Notes under the pieces: generated by a model | What the model was told of the DNA's origin: nothing | What the model saw: the letters and a program-made list of their open reading frames with translations, nothing else | The model's database searches: none | NCBI GenBank assembly: GCA_049964835.1 | Contig: JBMFWW010000002.1 | Span: 1 to 64,000, forward strand | Length of the DNA stretch: 64,000 nucleotides | Direction: 5' to 3' | From: Candidatus Micrarchaeia archaeon | GTDB lineage: Archaea; Micrarchaeota; Micrarchaeia; Micrarchaeales; CABMGC01 | Position numbers and translations under genes: made by a program | In this document: one piece after another, positions 39,787 to 51,300 of the stretch | Numbering within the stretch: position 1 is the first letter of the stretch | How the letters are laid out: each line of letters begins with the position of its first letter

Positions 39787-40759
39787 CCTCCTTTTTAATT
39801 CCTAAATATTCTTCTGCAGTCGCTGCCTTAAGTAATTGTATTGCAGATGCAGGATCAACTCCTTTTGGACATGCTTTAGAGCATGCTCCTGCAAATTCAC
39901 AACCCCATAATCCAGTTAATTTATCTACAATTGTAATTCTGCTTTCCATTTGATCTCTTGAATCCTTATAATACCTATAAGCTTGAGATAATGCTTGTGG
40001 CCCTATAAACTCCTTATTTGTATTAACTACTGGACAAGCATCCATACAAAGACCACACATAATACAGTACGAGTATGGCAAAAATTCATTTATCTGAGCA
40101 CTGCTTTGCTCATATGGAGATCTTCCACTCATCTGTTCTATTTTATTATTTCTCACTAAATGTGGTTCTACCTCTTTATGTTTATCAATAAATTCAGTAA
40201 AGTCAGTAACAAGATCCTTTAATATCGGATGACTTTCCATAGGCTCAACCTTTACAACCTTTTTGTCCTTGCATAATTCAATGAAGTTTGTTTCACATGC
40301 AAGTGATGGTTTTCCATCTATTACCATTCCACAAGATCCGCATATTCCCATCCTACAACTATATCTTATTGATAAGGTATTATCTTGCTTTTCTTTCACT
40401 TCTAAAAGTGCATCAAGTACGCTTGAAAAATTATTTACATCAACTTTATGATTAGTTGTAAACTGTATATTTTTTTCAGAATCAAATCTTTTTATTTCTA
40501 ATGTATAATCTTTAATATTTACCTTTAAGTTGTTGTAAGGCGTTTTAACTTTAACTTTTGATATATTTGTTTTTTCAGTTCTGTAATAAATTTCTACAAT
40601 TCCAAGAATAGAAAATACAATTAAGTCCACAGCTAAAAGAAATAAAATAATTTTTAAGAATGCAAAATAAAAATAAGCCGATATTAGAAAAACAAAGAAA
40701 AGTATTGGAAGCGCTCCCATTGCAACATAAAACGATAAGAAGTACTTTGATGTTCTCAT
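39767..40759 (-). CDS. sdhB: Succinate dehydrogenase Fe-S subunit with N-terminal two-TM extension
   Basis: SCRMGICGSC..LAC, CIMCGLCMDACP, WGCEFAGACSKACP. Confidence 0.93.
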   Translation of the reverse strand: MRTSKYFLSFYVAMGALPILFFVFLISAYFYFAFLKIILFLLAVDLIVFSILGIVEIYYRTEKTNISKVKVKTPYNNLKVNIKDYTLEIKRFDSEKNIQFTTNHKVDVNNFSSVLDALLEVKEKQDNTLSIRYSCRMGICGSCGMVIDGKPSLACETNFIELCKDKKVVKVEPMESHPILKDLVTDFTEFIDKHKEVEPHLVRNNKIEQMSGRSPYEQSSAQINEFLPYSYCIMCGLCMDACPVVNTNKEFIGPQALSQAYRYYKDSRDQMESRITIVDKLTGLWGCEFAGACSKACPKGVDPASAIQLLKAATAEEYLGIKKEVEKNEK

Positions 40760-41160
40760 ATAAAAATCATCTTAATATATATTATAAAAAGAAGCAGCCA
40801 TACAATTACAGTTGTATACTTTAGCACATTCAAAAAAATATATTTTCTCTTTAGGTTATTGCTAATAAGAAATGACTGATTCATATACCCAGATATGTGT
40901 CCATTACTTACTTTTATATTAAAAACCTTTACTACTGAGTATAATTGTGGCGTAAAAAGTAGCCATATACTACTTATTAAAATTTCTATAAACAGCAGGT
41001 CATTTACATTAAATAAAATAAGTAAAAATATTGCAATACTCGTAATAATGCCAAGAATAACTATAGCTCTATAAAAAAGCATGTGAAAGAAGGCTAGTTT
41101 ATCAAATGGCATTAATCTTTTAATATTACTTTGCCTTCCTCTAAAATCGATCTCCTTCAT
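40756..41160 (-). CDS. Three-TM membrane protein, probable SDH anchor
   Basis: Hydrophobic helices; overlaps both sdhA and sdhB. Confidence 0.7.
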   Translation of the reverse strand: MKEIDFRGRQSNIKRLMPFDKLAFFHMLFYRAIVILGIITSIAIFLLILFNVNDLLFIEILISSIWLLFTPQLYSVVKVFNIKVSNGHISGYMNQSFLISNNLKRKYIFLNVLKYTTVIVWLLLFIIYIKMIFI

Positions 41161-42893
41161 TAATATCTCCTTTCTTCAGGCATCCACTTTGTTACTGTTA
41201 CATTTTTATATCCAATATTTATTCCTGTAGCTGATTTTTCTATTATAGTATGTTTTAGCCAATTCTTATCGTCTCTTTTAGGATAATCATATCTGGTATG
41301 TGCTCCTCTGCTCTCTTTTCTATTCAACGCCGTGAGCGCAACAACATAAGCAAGTTCGATCTGATTTTGAAATTCTAACGCATCTCTTAAATTGGTATTA
41401 AATGTTTTCGATTTATCTTTTACATAAATATCATTAATTTTTTTCATAAGATTTTCAAGTTTTGAAATTCCTTTTAACATTTCCTTTTCATTTCTGTAAA
41501 CATAAAAATACTCCTCCATAATATTTCTCATTTCATCTTGTAGTTCATATGGTGAATATTTTCCTTTCTTTCCATAGTAACTTAAAACACGTTTCTCTTC
41601 TTCAATTGCACTCTGCTTTAGCTCTTCAATATCCTTTTCATTTAAATCATGTAAGTTGCGTGCTGATTCTATGCCTACTATTCTTCCCCATACTGAGCAT
41701 TGGCTCAATGAATTGCTACCTAATCTATTTGCACCATGTACACTAACACAGCCACACTCACCAACAGCCCATAAATTTTTTATCCATTTATTTTCAAGTG
41801 ACAAAATTCTTCCATTTAAATCGGTGTTTATACCACCCATAGTAAAGTGCGCAGCAGGCCTTACAGGTATTAAATCAGTTTCAGGATCAACTCCAATACT
41901 TTTCATACATATTTCTTTTATCATAGGGAGTTTTTTGTTGATTACTTCTTTTCCTAAATGCCTTAAATCAAGATTGACATAATAAAGACCAGTAGTTTTG
42001 TCCTTGATGCCTCTACCTTCATTAATTTCAGTTATTATTGCTCTTGAGATTATGTCTCTAGGTGCTAGCTCCATTTTTGACGGAGCGTAATTTTTCATAA
42101 ATCTCTCATTATTCTTATTGATTAGATAACCTCCTTCCCCTCTTGCCGCTTCAGTTATAAGTATTCCATTTGGTACAAGAGCAGTTGGATGAAATTGTAC
42201 AAACTCCATATCTTTCAATGAAGCTCCAGCATTGAAAGCTAGTGAAATTCCATCACCTGTTGTTGAATGGGCAGTAGTTGTCAATTTGTATATTCTAGAA
42301 AAACCACCAGTAGCTATTGCCATTGATGGCCCATAAATTAGCTTTGTTTTTCCATTAGCAAGTTCTACACATAAAATGCCTACAGCATTATCCGTTCTTA
42401 ATATTTTTGTTGCATAGTGCTCATGAAAAATATCAATATTTTTAATAGAGAGTACCTGGTCATATAAAGCGCGCATCATGAAAAAGCCTGTTTTGTCAGC
42501 AGCAAAAGCTGTTCTAGGTACACTCATGCCTCCAAAAGGTCTTTCAGAAATACTTCCATCATCTCCTCTATTCCATGGAACACCGACATGTTCAAAAAAA
42601 ACTATCTCTTTCGGTGCATTTTTTACAAGTATCTCTACAGCATCCTGATCAGACAAATAATCCGAGCCCTTTATTGTATCATACGCATGCAGCTTTTCAG
42701 TATCACCATTTTCTTTAGGATATAAAACTCCAGATATACCTCCTTCTGCAGATACTGAATGGCTCCTCATAGCATGTAGTTTTGTTACTATTGCTATCTT
42801 CAAGTTCTTTTTACTCTCTGCTGCATGAATTGCAGTGGTAAGACCACCTATACCGCTGCCTAATACTATTAAATCATAATTTAAGTAATCCAT
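41160..42893 (-). CDS. sdhA: Succinate dehydrogenase flavoprotein subunit
   Basis: RSHSVSAEGG (FAD His), QFHPT, TEAARGEGG, HFTMGG, HGANRLGSNSL. Confidence 0.96.
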   Translation of the reverse strand: MDYLNYDLIVLGSGIGGLTTAIHAAESKKNLKIAIVTKLHAMRSHSVSAEGGISGVLYPKENGDTEKLHAYDTIKGSDYLSDQDAVEILVKNAPKEIVFFEHVGVPWNRGDDGSISERPFGGMSVPRTAFAADKTGFFMMRALYDQVLSIKNIDIFHEHYATKILRTDNAVGILCVELANGKTKLIYGPSMAIATGGFSRIYKLTTTAHSTTGDGISLAFNAGASLKDMEFVQFHPTALVPNGILITEAARGEGGYLINKNNERFMKNYAPSKMELAPRDIISRAIITEINEGRGIKDKTTGLYYVNLDLRHLGKEVINKKLPMIKEICMKSIGVDPETDLIPVRPAAHFTMGGINTDLNGRILSLENKWIKNLWAVGECGCVSVHGANRLGSNSLSQCSVWGRIVGIESARNLHDLNEKDIEELKQSAIEEEKRVLSYYGKKGKYSPYELQDEMRNIMEEYFYVYRNEKEMLKGISKLENLMKKINDIYVKDKSKTFNTNLRDALEFQNQIELAYVVALTALNRKESRGAHTRYDYPKRDDKNWLKHTIIEKSATGINIGYKNVTVTKWMPEERRY

Positions 42894-42973
42894 TACAACA
42901 CTTTATCAATAAGCAATAAATATTAAAAATATATGTATTATTATAGTATACATAAGAAAGCAATGATGATAAT

Positions 42974-44281
42974 ATGATGGATGATGAAACATTTTTTAAT
43001 TTTGAAGACGAAATACTAAACACATTGGCTACAAAACTTAGCGGTTTTCAAACTGATGAAGATATAAAAAATGTAATATTAAAAACAGCAAGAATAATTG
43101 ATCCTGAGATAACAAATGAAGATTTAGACAGGCTTCAAAAAGATATTAATGATTTTTATCCTATAACCAAATACATAAACAACGACGATGTAGAAGACGT
43201 AATGGTAAACAATACTAAAGACATCTTTGTATATGATAGTGAAAAAGGACCGGTAATGGTTCCTGAAAGAGTTGAAGACAAAAGAAAGTTAGAACGTCTT
43301 GTGAAAAAGTTTAAGATGTACGCAACTGTTGTATCTGCTAATAAGAACATATACGATGTTCATCTACCAAACAAATCAAGAGTAAATATTGTGGAGTCAC
43401 CACTAGGCGCAGATATAACAATACGAAACTTCAGGCAAAAAGCGCTTAGCGCAATAGATTTAATAAACATGGGTGAAATGAGCTATAATATGGCAGGAAG
43501 GTTTTGGCTATACTCTGAAGGACTTAAGATAAGACCTGCAAATATGTTGATTGGGGGAATGCCTGCAGCTGGTAAAACAACACTTTTAAATTCGATGTTT
43601 AGTTTTTTCAGACCAGAACAAAGAATAATTACAATAGAAGATACATACGAGCTTAATACTGAAACACAAGACAACTGTGTTAGGTTAGAAACAAGCTCAG
43701 AGGTATCCTTAGAAGAGCTAGTTCAAAATGCATTGAGAATGAGGCCAGATTTATTAATAGTTGGAGAAGTAAGAGGAAAAGAAGCAAAGGACATGATGAC
43801 AGCAATGAATATAGGTAAGATTTCAATGAGTACAATACACGCAAGCACAGCCAGAGATATAATAACAAGACTTGAACATACTCCTATGAATGTTGAAAAG
43901 GATATTATTCCATTAATAGATGCTCTTGTTCTAGTATCACAAATTAATATAGATGGAAAGTTTGTAAGGAAAATAACACAAATATCTGAAATTTCTGGAA
44001 TAGAAACGCAGGTTTTGCTTTCTGATTTGTATAAATACGATTATAAAACAAGAAAGGGTTCGGACATACTTCCTAGTGTTACCTACAGGGATACACTTGC
44101 AAGTCTTACTGGGTTGCCACCAAGTGAGATAGTGCGCGAGGAGAGAAGAAGAGCAAAGATTCTTGAAGCAATGAACAAAAAAGGCATAAGGGGCTTAAGA
44201 GATATAAATGAGGTTTGCAGAGAGTATTACGACAATCCTAATCGAGTATTAGCTAAACTTGAGATAGCAGACTCGGTTTAG
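42974..44281 (+). CDS. Type II/IV secretion / pilus assembly ATPase (VirB11/TadA family)
   Basis: GMPAAGKTT, TIEDTYEL, ALRMRPD..VGEVRG, STIHA. Confidence 0.92.
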   Translation: MMDDETFFNFEDEILNTLATKLSGFQTDEDIKNVILKTARIIDPEITNEDLDRLQKDINDFYPITKYINNDDVEDVMVNNTKDIFVYDSEKGPVMVPERVEDKRKLERLVKKFKMYATVVSANKNIYDVHLPNKSRVNIVESPLGADITIRNFRQKALSAIDLINMGEMSYNMAGRFWLYSEGLKIRPANMLIGGMPAAGKTTLLNSMFSFFRPEQRIITIEDTYELNTETQDNCVRLETSSEVSLEELVQNALRMRPDLLIVGEVRGKEAKDMMTAMNIGKISMSTIHASTARDIITRLEHTPMNVEKDIIPLIDALVLVSQINIDGKFVRKITQISEISGIETQVLLSDLYKYDYKTRKGSDILPSVTYRDTLASLTGLPPSEIVREERRRAKILEAMNKKGIRGLRDINEVCREYYDNPNRVLAKLEIADSV

Positions 44282-44300
44282 TCACATTTTAGATGTAGAA

Positions 44301-45143
44301 ATGTCATTTTTACAAAAATTAGTAGCATCAAGATGGATTGCAGGAACAACTATAGAAGAAGAAATAAAAGTTGTCAAAAAATTAAAAGAAAAAAATTTAA
44401 ACTCGATAATTAATTATCTCGGAGAGGATATAAACAACGCAGAAAAAGCAAAAGCTTCACTAGATATATATTTGGAATGCATAAAAGATATAAAAGAAAA
44501 TAATCTCAATTCACAAATAGCCATAAAGGCTTCTCAGTTAGGACTTTTTGTAAATGATAAAGTACTTAAAAAAAATTATGAGCAAATAATTAAAAAAGCA
44601 AAAATAGAAGGCATCTTTGTTTGGTTAGATATGGAGCGTTATGATACTGTAGACAAAACAATTTCACTATATAAAAAATATATATCTTATGGAAACACTG
44701 GAATTTGTATTCAATCTTATTTAAAAAGATCATTTAAAGACGTTAAAATTCTTCTTGAATTGGGAGCTGCAATTCGTATAGTCAAAGGGGCATATACCGA
44801 ATCAAGCACAATAGCTCACAATAGAGATGACGCAACTAAGAACTATATTAAAATATTAAATTATACTTTTAAAAAATCAGAAAACTTCACCGTAGCAACA
44901 CATGATCTTTCTATAATTAAAAAATCTGTAGAGTTATCAAAAAAATATAAAAAAGAACCTGAATATGCAATGTTATATGGAATAAGAAATAATATTGCTT
45001 TTAAGTTAGCTAAAAAACATAAAATGAATCTATATGTTCCATTTGGCAAAGATTGGTTTAAGTACTCCTATAGAAGACTTAGAGAATTTAGTAATCTAAA
45101 ATTAGTACTCCATTCACTATTAGAAAATCAAAAATTAGATTAA
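44301..45143 (+). CDS. Monofunctional proline dehydrogenase
   Basis: RWIAG, YLGE, IKASQLG, LDME, QSYL, RIVKGAY, ATHD, YVPFG..W..Y..RRL.E. Confidence 0.93.
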   Translation: MSFLQKLVASRWIAGTTIEEEIKVVKKLKEKNLNSIINYLGEDINNAEKAKASLDIYLECIKDIKENNLNSQIAIKASQLGLFVNDKVLKKNYEQIIKKAKIEGIFVWLDMERYDTVDKTISLYKKYISYGNTGICIQSYLKRSFKDVKILLELGAAIRIVKGAYTESSTIAHNRDDATKNYIKILNYTFKKSENFTVATHDLSIIKKSVELSKKYKKEPEYAMLYGIRNNIAFKLAKKHKMNLYVPFGKDWFKYSYRRLREFSNLKLVLHSLLENQKLD

Positions 45144-45153
45144 GTGTTATTTT

Positions 45154-45906
45154 ATGATATCTGAATATTTTAATGAACTTTCAATTAAAAAAGTGGAAAC
45201 TAAATTTGGAAATGTAAGTTATCGAACAAATTCTACTGGAGGAAATACACTTGTTTTAATACACGGACTTGCGGCTACTTCAAAAAGCTGGAATAAATTT
45301 ATAAATTATCTTCCAAAAAGTATAAATCTAATAATACCTGATTTACTCGGGCATGGGGAATCTGATGCTCCAAATATAGAATATCATGTTACTAATCAAA
45401 CTGCAATAATCGAAGAAATATTGAAAAAAGAGGAAGTATCATCATATGTATTATTTGGACATTCCTATGGTGGTTGGGTAGCTACACTCCTTTCTATAAA
45501 AAATAAGAATCTTAAAGCCTTGATACTTGAAGATTCAAATGGTCTAAAGGCATTTTTCAATGAGGTAAAAGGTACTAAAAAAAGAGAGGAATATAAAAAG
45601 AATTTAATTAAAAAAGCGCTTTTTCTTAATGCAAATGAGTATGTTGTTAAAAGTATTGTTAATGATGAATTTAGTACGCACCAATTATCTGATGATGATT
45701 TAGTAAATATATCCGTCCCTACTCTTATTTTATGGGGTGAATTAGATCAAACAGTGGATAGAAAATTTGGTTATATGTTCAAAAAATTAATTCATAATAG
45801 TGAGTTAGAGATAATAAAAAATTCAAAGCATACTCCACACTATTCAAATCCTGAAAAAACTGCAGATATTGTAAAAGACTTTCTTGCAAAAATTAAGTTC
45901 TTATGA
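45154..45906 (+). CDS. Alpha/beta hydrolase
   Basis: LIHG, DLLGHGES, GHSYGG, WGELD, H.PH. Confidence 0.93.
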   Translation: MISEYFNELSIKKVETKFGNVSYRTNSTGGNTLVLIHGLAATSKSWNKFINYLPKSINLIIPDLLGHGESDAPNIEYHVTNQTAIIEEILKKEEVSSYVLFGHSYGGWVATLLSIKNKNLKALILEDSNGLKAFFNEVKGTKKREEYKKNLIKKALFLNANEYVVKSIVNDEFSTHQLSDDDLVNISVPTLILWGELDQTVDRKFGYMFKKLIHNSELEIIKNSKHTPHYSNPEKTADIVKDFLAKIKFL

Positions 45907-45923
45907 TTTTTACTTTTTATCAA

Positions 45924-46985
45924 TTAAAATATTAATCTTTTAACATCTCCTACTAAACATTGGTATGCTTCACAAGCAGTCCAGCATGATGGTTCTTTGC
46001 CTTCTCTTATTAAGTTTCTAACCTCTTCCGCATCAACGCCATGCCACATCTTTTCTATAGAGTAATCATAATCTCTTATGTTGCCTATTTTTCTACCCCA
46101 CATTATTGAAGGATAAACATTTCCATAACTATCCATAAATAAAGATGCATCTAAACTCCTGCTTTTCATAGGTATTTTATTTGTTAATACATATCTATTC
46201 AAATTCCTAAGAAATGCATTTTCAATTATTGGTATTGCTCCAAATTCAAATCTTCTTTTCTTTATTATAAAATCTATTTCCTTAGATAGCTCTTGTCTTT
46301 CCGCACTAATATCAAGGTCACTATTTTTATAATAACTATCTGATATTTGTCCAACATTCAAGTGAAAATCATTAAACGTTACCCATGGCAATTCTTTAAT
46401 CACTTCAGTTATTGTTTTTTCTAGCATTCCTTGATTAAATTTGCTCATCGTATATCCGAAAATAAAAAATAAGTTTTTATACTTTTTCTTAAGTTCATGC
46501 AGTCTTTTTGCCATATCCATTACTTTATCAAAATTTCCATTTACTCCTCTTATTTTATCATGCAATTCTCTATGTCCATCAAGACTTAACGTTATAGATA
46601 TTTTAGGTATGCCTAGCTCGAGTATTTCCTTTAATTTATTTTCCAACATATCATGATTACATAAGGAGTTAGTTGGCATGGTCAAAACTGTCAAATCTTT
46701 ACAGTTTTCTCTAAACGTTTTTACTATTTCTACTATCTCTTTTCTTAAAAATGGCTCTCCACCAGTTAATTCTATCCATTTAAAGAAATTATTTTTTTTT
46801 GCGAAGTTCTGTATTTCCTCAAATGTTAATTCATTAACAGGTTTTATTTGCCATATATTACATGTTAAACATCTAGACTGGCACCAGTATGATATTGAAA
46901 ATGTTAATTTATATGGTCTTTCAAGAGTTGTAAAATTACTTTTTAAAGCAGTTAAACCTAATTTTGCAAGTTTAGTAGTATTCAT
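45924..46985 (-). CDS. Radical SAM protein with reduced SPASM/twitch-like C-terminus
   Basis: CQSRCLTC, LTGGEPFLR, SLDG..HD.IRG, CWTACE. Confidence 0.9.
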   Translation of the reverse strand: MNTTKLAKLGLTALKSNFTTLERPYKLTFSISYWCQSRCLTCNIWQIKPVNELTFEEIQNFAKKNNFFKWIELTGGEPFLRKEIVEIVKTFRENCKDLTVLTMPTNSLCNHDMLENKLKEILELGIPKISITLSLDGHRELHDKIRGVNGNFDKVMDMAKRLHELKKKYKNLFFIFGYTMSKFNQGMLEKTITEVIKELPWVTFNDFHLNVGQISDSYYKNSDLDISAERQELSKEIDFIIKKRRFEFGAIPIIENAFLRNLNRYVLTNKIPMKSRSLDASLFMDSYGNVYPSIMWGRKIGNIRDYDYSIEKMWHGVDAEEVRNLIREGKEPSCWTACEAYQCLVGDVKRLIF

Positions 46986-47063
46986 AAAAATCTTCTAACT
47001 ATACTTATCTATTGATGTATTTGATTTATATATTTTTGCAGCTTTAAATTAATTGGTAAATTA

Positions 47064-47660
47064 ATGACATTAATTTTATTAATGAGGCATGGCGAGAGTG
47101 AAGCTAATAAAAAACATATTCTTTCAGATGAACTAAATAAATATAATTTAACTAACAAAGGTATAATTCAAGCAAAAAAAGCTGGAAGTGAATTAAAGAA
47201 GATAAAAATACAAAAAATCTTTTGTAGCCCAGTATTACGAACTATTCAAACTGCAGATTTAGTCAACAAAAAGTTAAAATTAGAAAAAACCATAGATAAA
47301 AAGCTAATTGAGAGAAGATTTAAGAGTATGTCTGGAATTTATGTTAAGGATGCATCTTGGAAATTGCTTTTTGAGAATAAGATAGAATCATACAAAAATG
47401 TTAAAAATAGAATATCAAATTTTATGTTTTCGAAAAGTAATTATGACTGCATACTTGGTGTAACACATCACGATGTAATAACTGCTGCAATGTCGTATGC
47501 ATCTAATCTAGACTCACTTTGTAGTTATGCATTTAGGCCTACATATGCAAGCATAAGTGGTTTTTTAGTAGATAAAAAGACAATCAAACCAATTTTTTTT
47601 GGTGTGCCCTTTTTATCAAAAAACATACTAAATAAAATACCAGAACAATATTTGGTGTAG
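47064..47660 (+). CDS. Histidine phosphatase family protein
   Basis: MRHGES, SPVLRT.QTA, L.ER, VTH. Confidence 0.9.
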   Translation: MTLILLMRHGESEANKKHILSDELNKYNLTNKGIIQAKKAGSELKKIKIQKIFCSPVLRTIQTADLVNKKLKLEKTIDKKLIERRFKSMSGIYVKDASWKLLFENKIESYKNVKNRISNFMFSKSNYDCILGVTHHDVITAAMSYASNLDSLCSYAFRPTYASISGFLVDKKTIKPIFFGVPFLSKNILNKIPEQYLV

Positions 47661-47662
47661 TA

Positions 47663-48355
47663 ATGACAAAGCAATTAATATCAATAATAATACCAACATT
47701 GAACGAAGAAAAAAATATTTCAAAATTGCTTCCTAAAATTCCTGTAATATTAAATGATTTAAAGAATACAGATTACGAAATAATAATTGTAGACGGTGAA
47801 TCTTCCGACAAGACAGTTGAAATTGCAAAGTCATTTGGCGGAAAAATAGTCTATGACCATAAGGGAAAAGGTTCTGCTTTAAGAAAGGGATTTGAAAAGG
47901 CAAATGGTGACATATTAATATCGATGGATGCAGATCTTTCTAATGATCCTAAGGAATTAAAGTTAATTATAGATAGCATTAACATAGGTTACGATATAAG
48001 TATGGGTTCTAGGTTTATTACTGGCGGCGGTACAGATGATATGCCAATATTAAGGAAAATAGGAAATCGTTTTTTTGTTTTCTTGGTAAATATATTTTTT
48101 AAGTCTAATTACTCTGATTTATGCTATGGCTATCGTGGTTTTAGAAAAAATGTGATAAAAAAACTAAATTTAAAAGAAGACAGATTTGCAATAGAAACCG
48201 AAATAAGTATTAAAGCAGCAAAAAAACACTTAAAGGTAATAGAAATCCCAAGTGTAGAAAAAAAGAGGAGTTCTGGTTCTGGAAAATTAAGAACATTCTA
48301 TGACGGATACAATATACTAAAGACTATATTAAAGAATATTTTTATTAGCCGATAA
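47663..48355 (+). CDS. Glycosyltransferase family 2 (Dpm1-like)
   Basis: IIPTLNEE, VDGES.D.T, GKGSA, MDAD, GSRF, EIP. Confidence 0.93.
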   Translation: MTKQLISIIIPTLNEEKNISKLLPKIPVILNDLKNTDYEIIIVDGESSDKTVEIAKSFGGKIVYDHKGKGSALRKGFEKANGDILISMDADLSNDPKELKLIIDSINIGYDISMGSRFITGGGTDDMPILRKIGNRFFVFLVNIFFKSNYSDLCYGYRGFRKNVIKKLNLKEDRFAIETEISIKAAKKHLKVIEIPSVEKKRSSGSGKLRTFYDGYNILKTILKNIFISR

Positions 48356-48398
48356 GAAAAGTATTTAAATATTATTATTTAATTATAAATCGTATAAG

Positions 48399-51300
48399 AT
48401 GGGCAAAATTATAAAGTTAAATCATAAATCAAATAAAAAAAAAGTAAAAGAGCAATCAGCAATAGAGTATGTAATGAGTTATTCTTGGGCAGTAATAATA
48501 TTGCTTGCTGTTGTAATAATCTACTTTTTTGCCAATAGTAACCAAACTACATATACTCCAACTTCTTGTTATATATCCCCGCAATTACCCTGTTACCAAT
48601 TAATAATAGGTTCTAACTCTATAGAAACTACAGCAAAACTCGTATTTACAAATGATCTTAATAAGCCAATATACTTTTATTCACAACCATTTTCAATAAA
48701 ATTCACTCCATCTTCCAACTATTACTCTGGTACCTGTGTACCAACTACAGCTAATGAGGGTTCAAATGTAACTTGCACTGTAGTAGCAAGTGGTTATTCA
48801 ATCTTACAAGGTAGTGAAGCAGAACCGACATTTTATTTATCATATGCAGAGTGTGTATCTCAAAACTGTAATATTAATCAAAGACAGTTAATAACTCTGA
48901 CAACATCTGGTAGCGGCACATCATATATATACAATCTTTCAGGCAATTTTATAGTTCCACAACCAGTTTTTACTAATTATTTTTATCTTGTTACAAATTC
49001 ATTCCCATCTATTGGTGGGAGTACCTCTCCAGGATATGGTGTTTACGCGCAGGGAACAAATGTAATTATCTCCGAATCTCCATCTTCTGGGTATACTTTC
49101 AGTGATTGGACCTGTTCTGGAACTGGCTGTTATTCCGGCACAAGTCCCTCTGAAAAAATAACTATAAATTCAAATACTATAGAAACGGCTAGTTTCCAGC
49201 AAATACCTATTTATACACTAACTACAAATGCAGTACCATCGGGATCTGGAAGTGTTTCTCCAACATCTGGTTCTTATGAACAAGGATCACAAGTTACTAT
49301 TTTGGCATCTGCAAATCCCGGTTACACATTTAATGGTTGGACCTGTTCTGGAACTGGCTGTTATTCTGGCACTTCACCATCAAATACAATAACAATAACT
49401 TCAAATACAGTTGAAACTGCAAATTATAAATTTAATACTGGTTACTTTGGCTATGTCCCACCATTTAACGGCGAATCAAATCAAACTTATTTGTATTCAT
49501 CACCTTATGCTTACTACTCCCATGCTCCACAACAGATAACTTTGTGGAGTGATCTATTCCATAATCTTGTGCTAAACAACTTAAATACGCCATCATCAAC
49601 ATCAACTATACTTAATTTGATTGGAACTGTAAACAATGGTTATTTATATGAATTAGCATTGGGAGAACCTGCTGACACATACTATCCAGAAATCACTATA
49701 ATAAACACCTCTAAAAATTCAGTACAAAAAACAATATTTATTCAAAATGCCACAGTTGCAAATGAAATAACAACATCACAAGATACTTTATTTGCAAATG
49801 TTAATTCTACTGGTTCTTTATACATATTATCTTCAAAATCAGCCGGATCTCTTTCGCAAGTATCACTTATTGTAGCAAATACTTCCTTACTTAATGATGC
49901 GATGCAATCAAGTAATCTATTCTATAACATTACAAAAATCACATCAATTAATTTGTCTAATACCACATATGATGGAAATATAGTATTTCCAGAAGAATTT
50001 ACAAATTATCCTATCTCTAGCTTCTTAATGCTTGGCAATTACGCATATATAGCTAATCAATCTACCCTGTATATACTTAATACCTCAAAATCAAATGTTG
50101 TTGCTAATTCTATGATAATATATCCTAAAAATAAGGTTGAAACTGGAGCATTAGATTCAGGAATTATAAATATGCAAACTAGTGGAAATTATGTTTATTT
50201 TGATATCAGCAATACAACAGTTTCAAGTAGCACTAATTATAATACAGTAATTAGCGTACTTAATACAACATCTTTAAAAGTAACAAACATCACCATAGTT
50301 AATTCACCAAATAATTATACTGTCGGCGCAGTTATAAGTAATCATTTCAAAAAATTATACATTCTATTATCAAATCAAACTTTATACACTATTGACTTGA
50401 GCAGCAATGGACTAGGAACAGTTTCTAGAATACAAGATTTTGCAACAACAACTCCATTTCCTAGTACAACTTCTACATTAGAAAGCTCTCTCGGATCAGA
50501 ATACAATATGTTATTAAGTGCCAATGGTACAGAGTTGTATGTAGGTACTACGTATTCTAATGGGTATAATGGTTATGCAATATATAATCTTGTAACTGGA
50601 ACTGAAGTAGGATTTATGGGTACGCTCAATGCAGTAAGGGTTGTAGCCCCACAAAATAATTATAATATATATACAACTGCTAGTCAAAATCAAGCTATTG
50701 AAGATTATGCTACTTTAGGTGGTATAGTTGGAGTTTATAGCAGTGCATATAATATAAATAAAGAAAACATAACAATTCCTTCAAATTTTATAGCCACTGC
50801 TTTGTTATTTGATGGAAATATTTTAAGAATAGGCGGTTATAACTATAGTGACAATTCATTAACTCAAGATGAAGGTTTATTAACAACGGCAAATGTAATG
50901 ACAGATACAATGAATTCAAATGTTATATCTCCAGAAGCTGAAATTAGTTATTTTGCAAATACCGGTTATCCAATGACTCCTACTCAAACTATAATGCACA
51001 TGCCTTCTATAATGGATTTCTCAGAGCCCACGGGTCAGTTCTTTTCTATACCTGCTTTGCTTGGTGGAACATCTAATTTATTCCTTATACAACAAGCATC
51101 TCAAGTATTTCCAACTAATGAAGTTTTAGATGGACTTGCTGCTGTTTCAAGTAATACTCAAGCATCTGATTGTGTTTCTTCTTCAGAATGTATTAGTAGC
51201 GGTAGTTATCTTACTGCATATAGTAATATTGATGCATACAGTTCATACGCTACTCCTTCTGGCGTTGCGTGTGTTGCAGAAGCAAATTATGGTATTGCAT

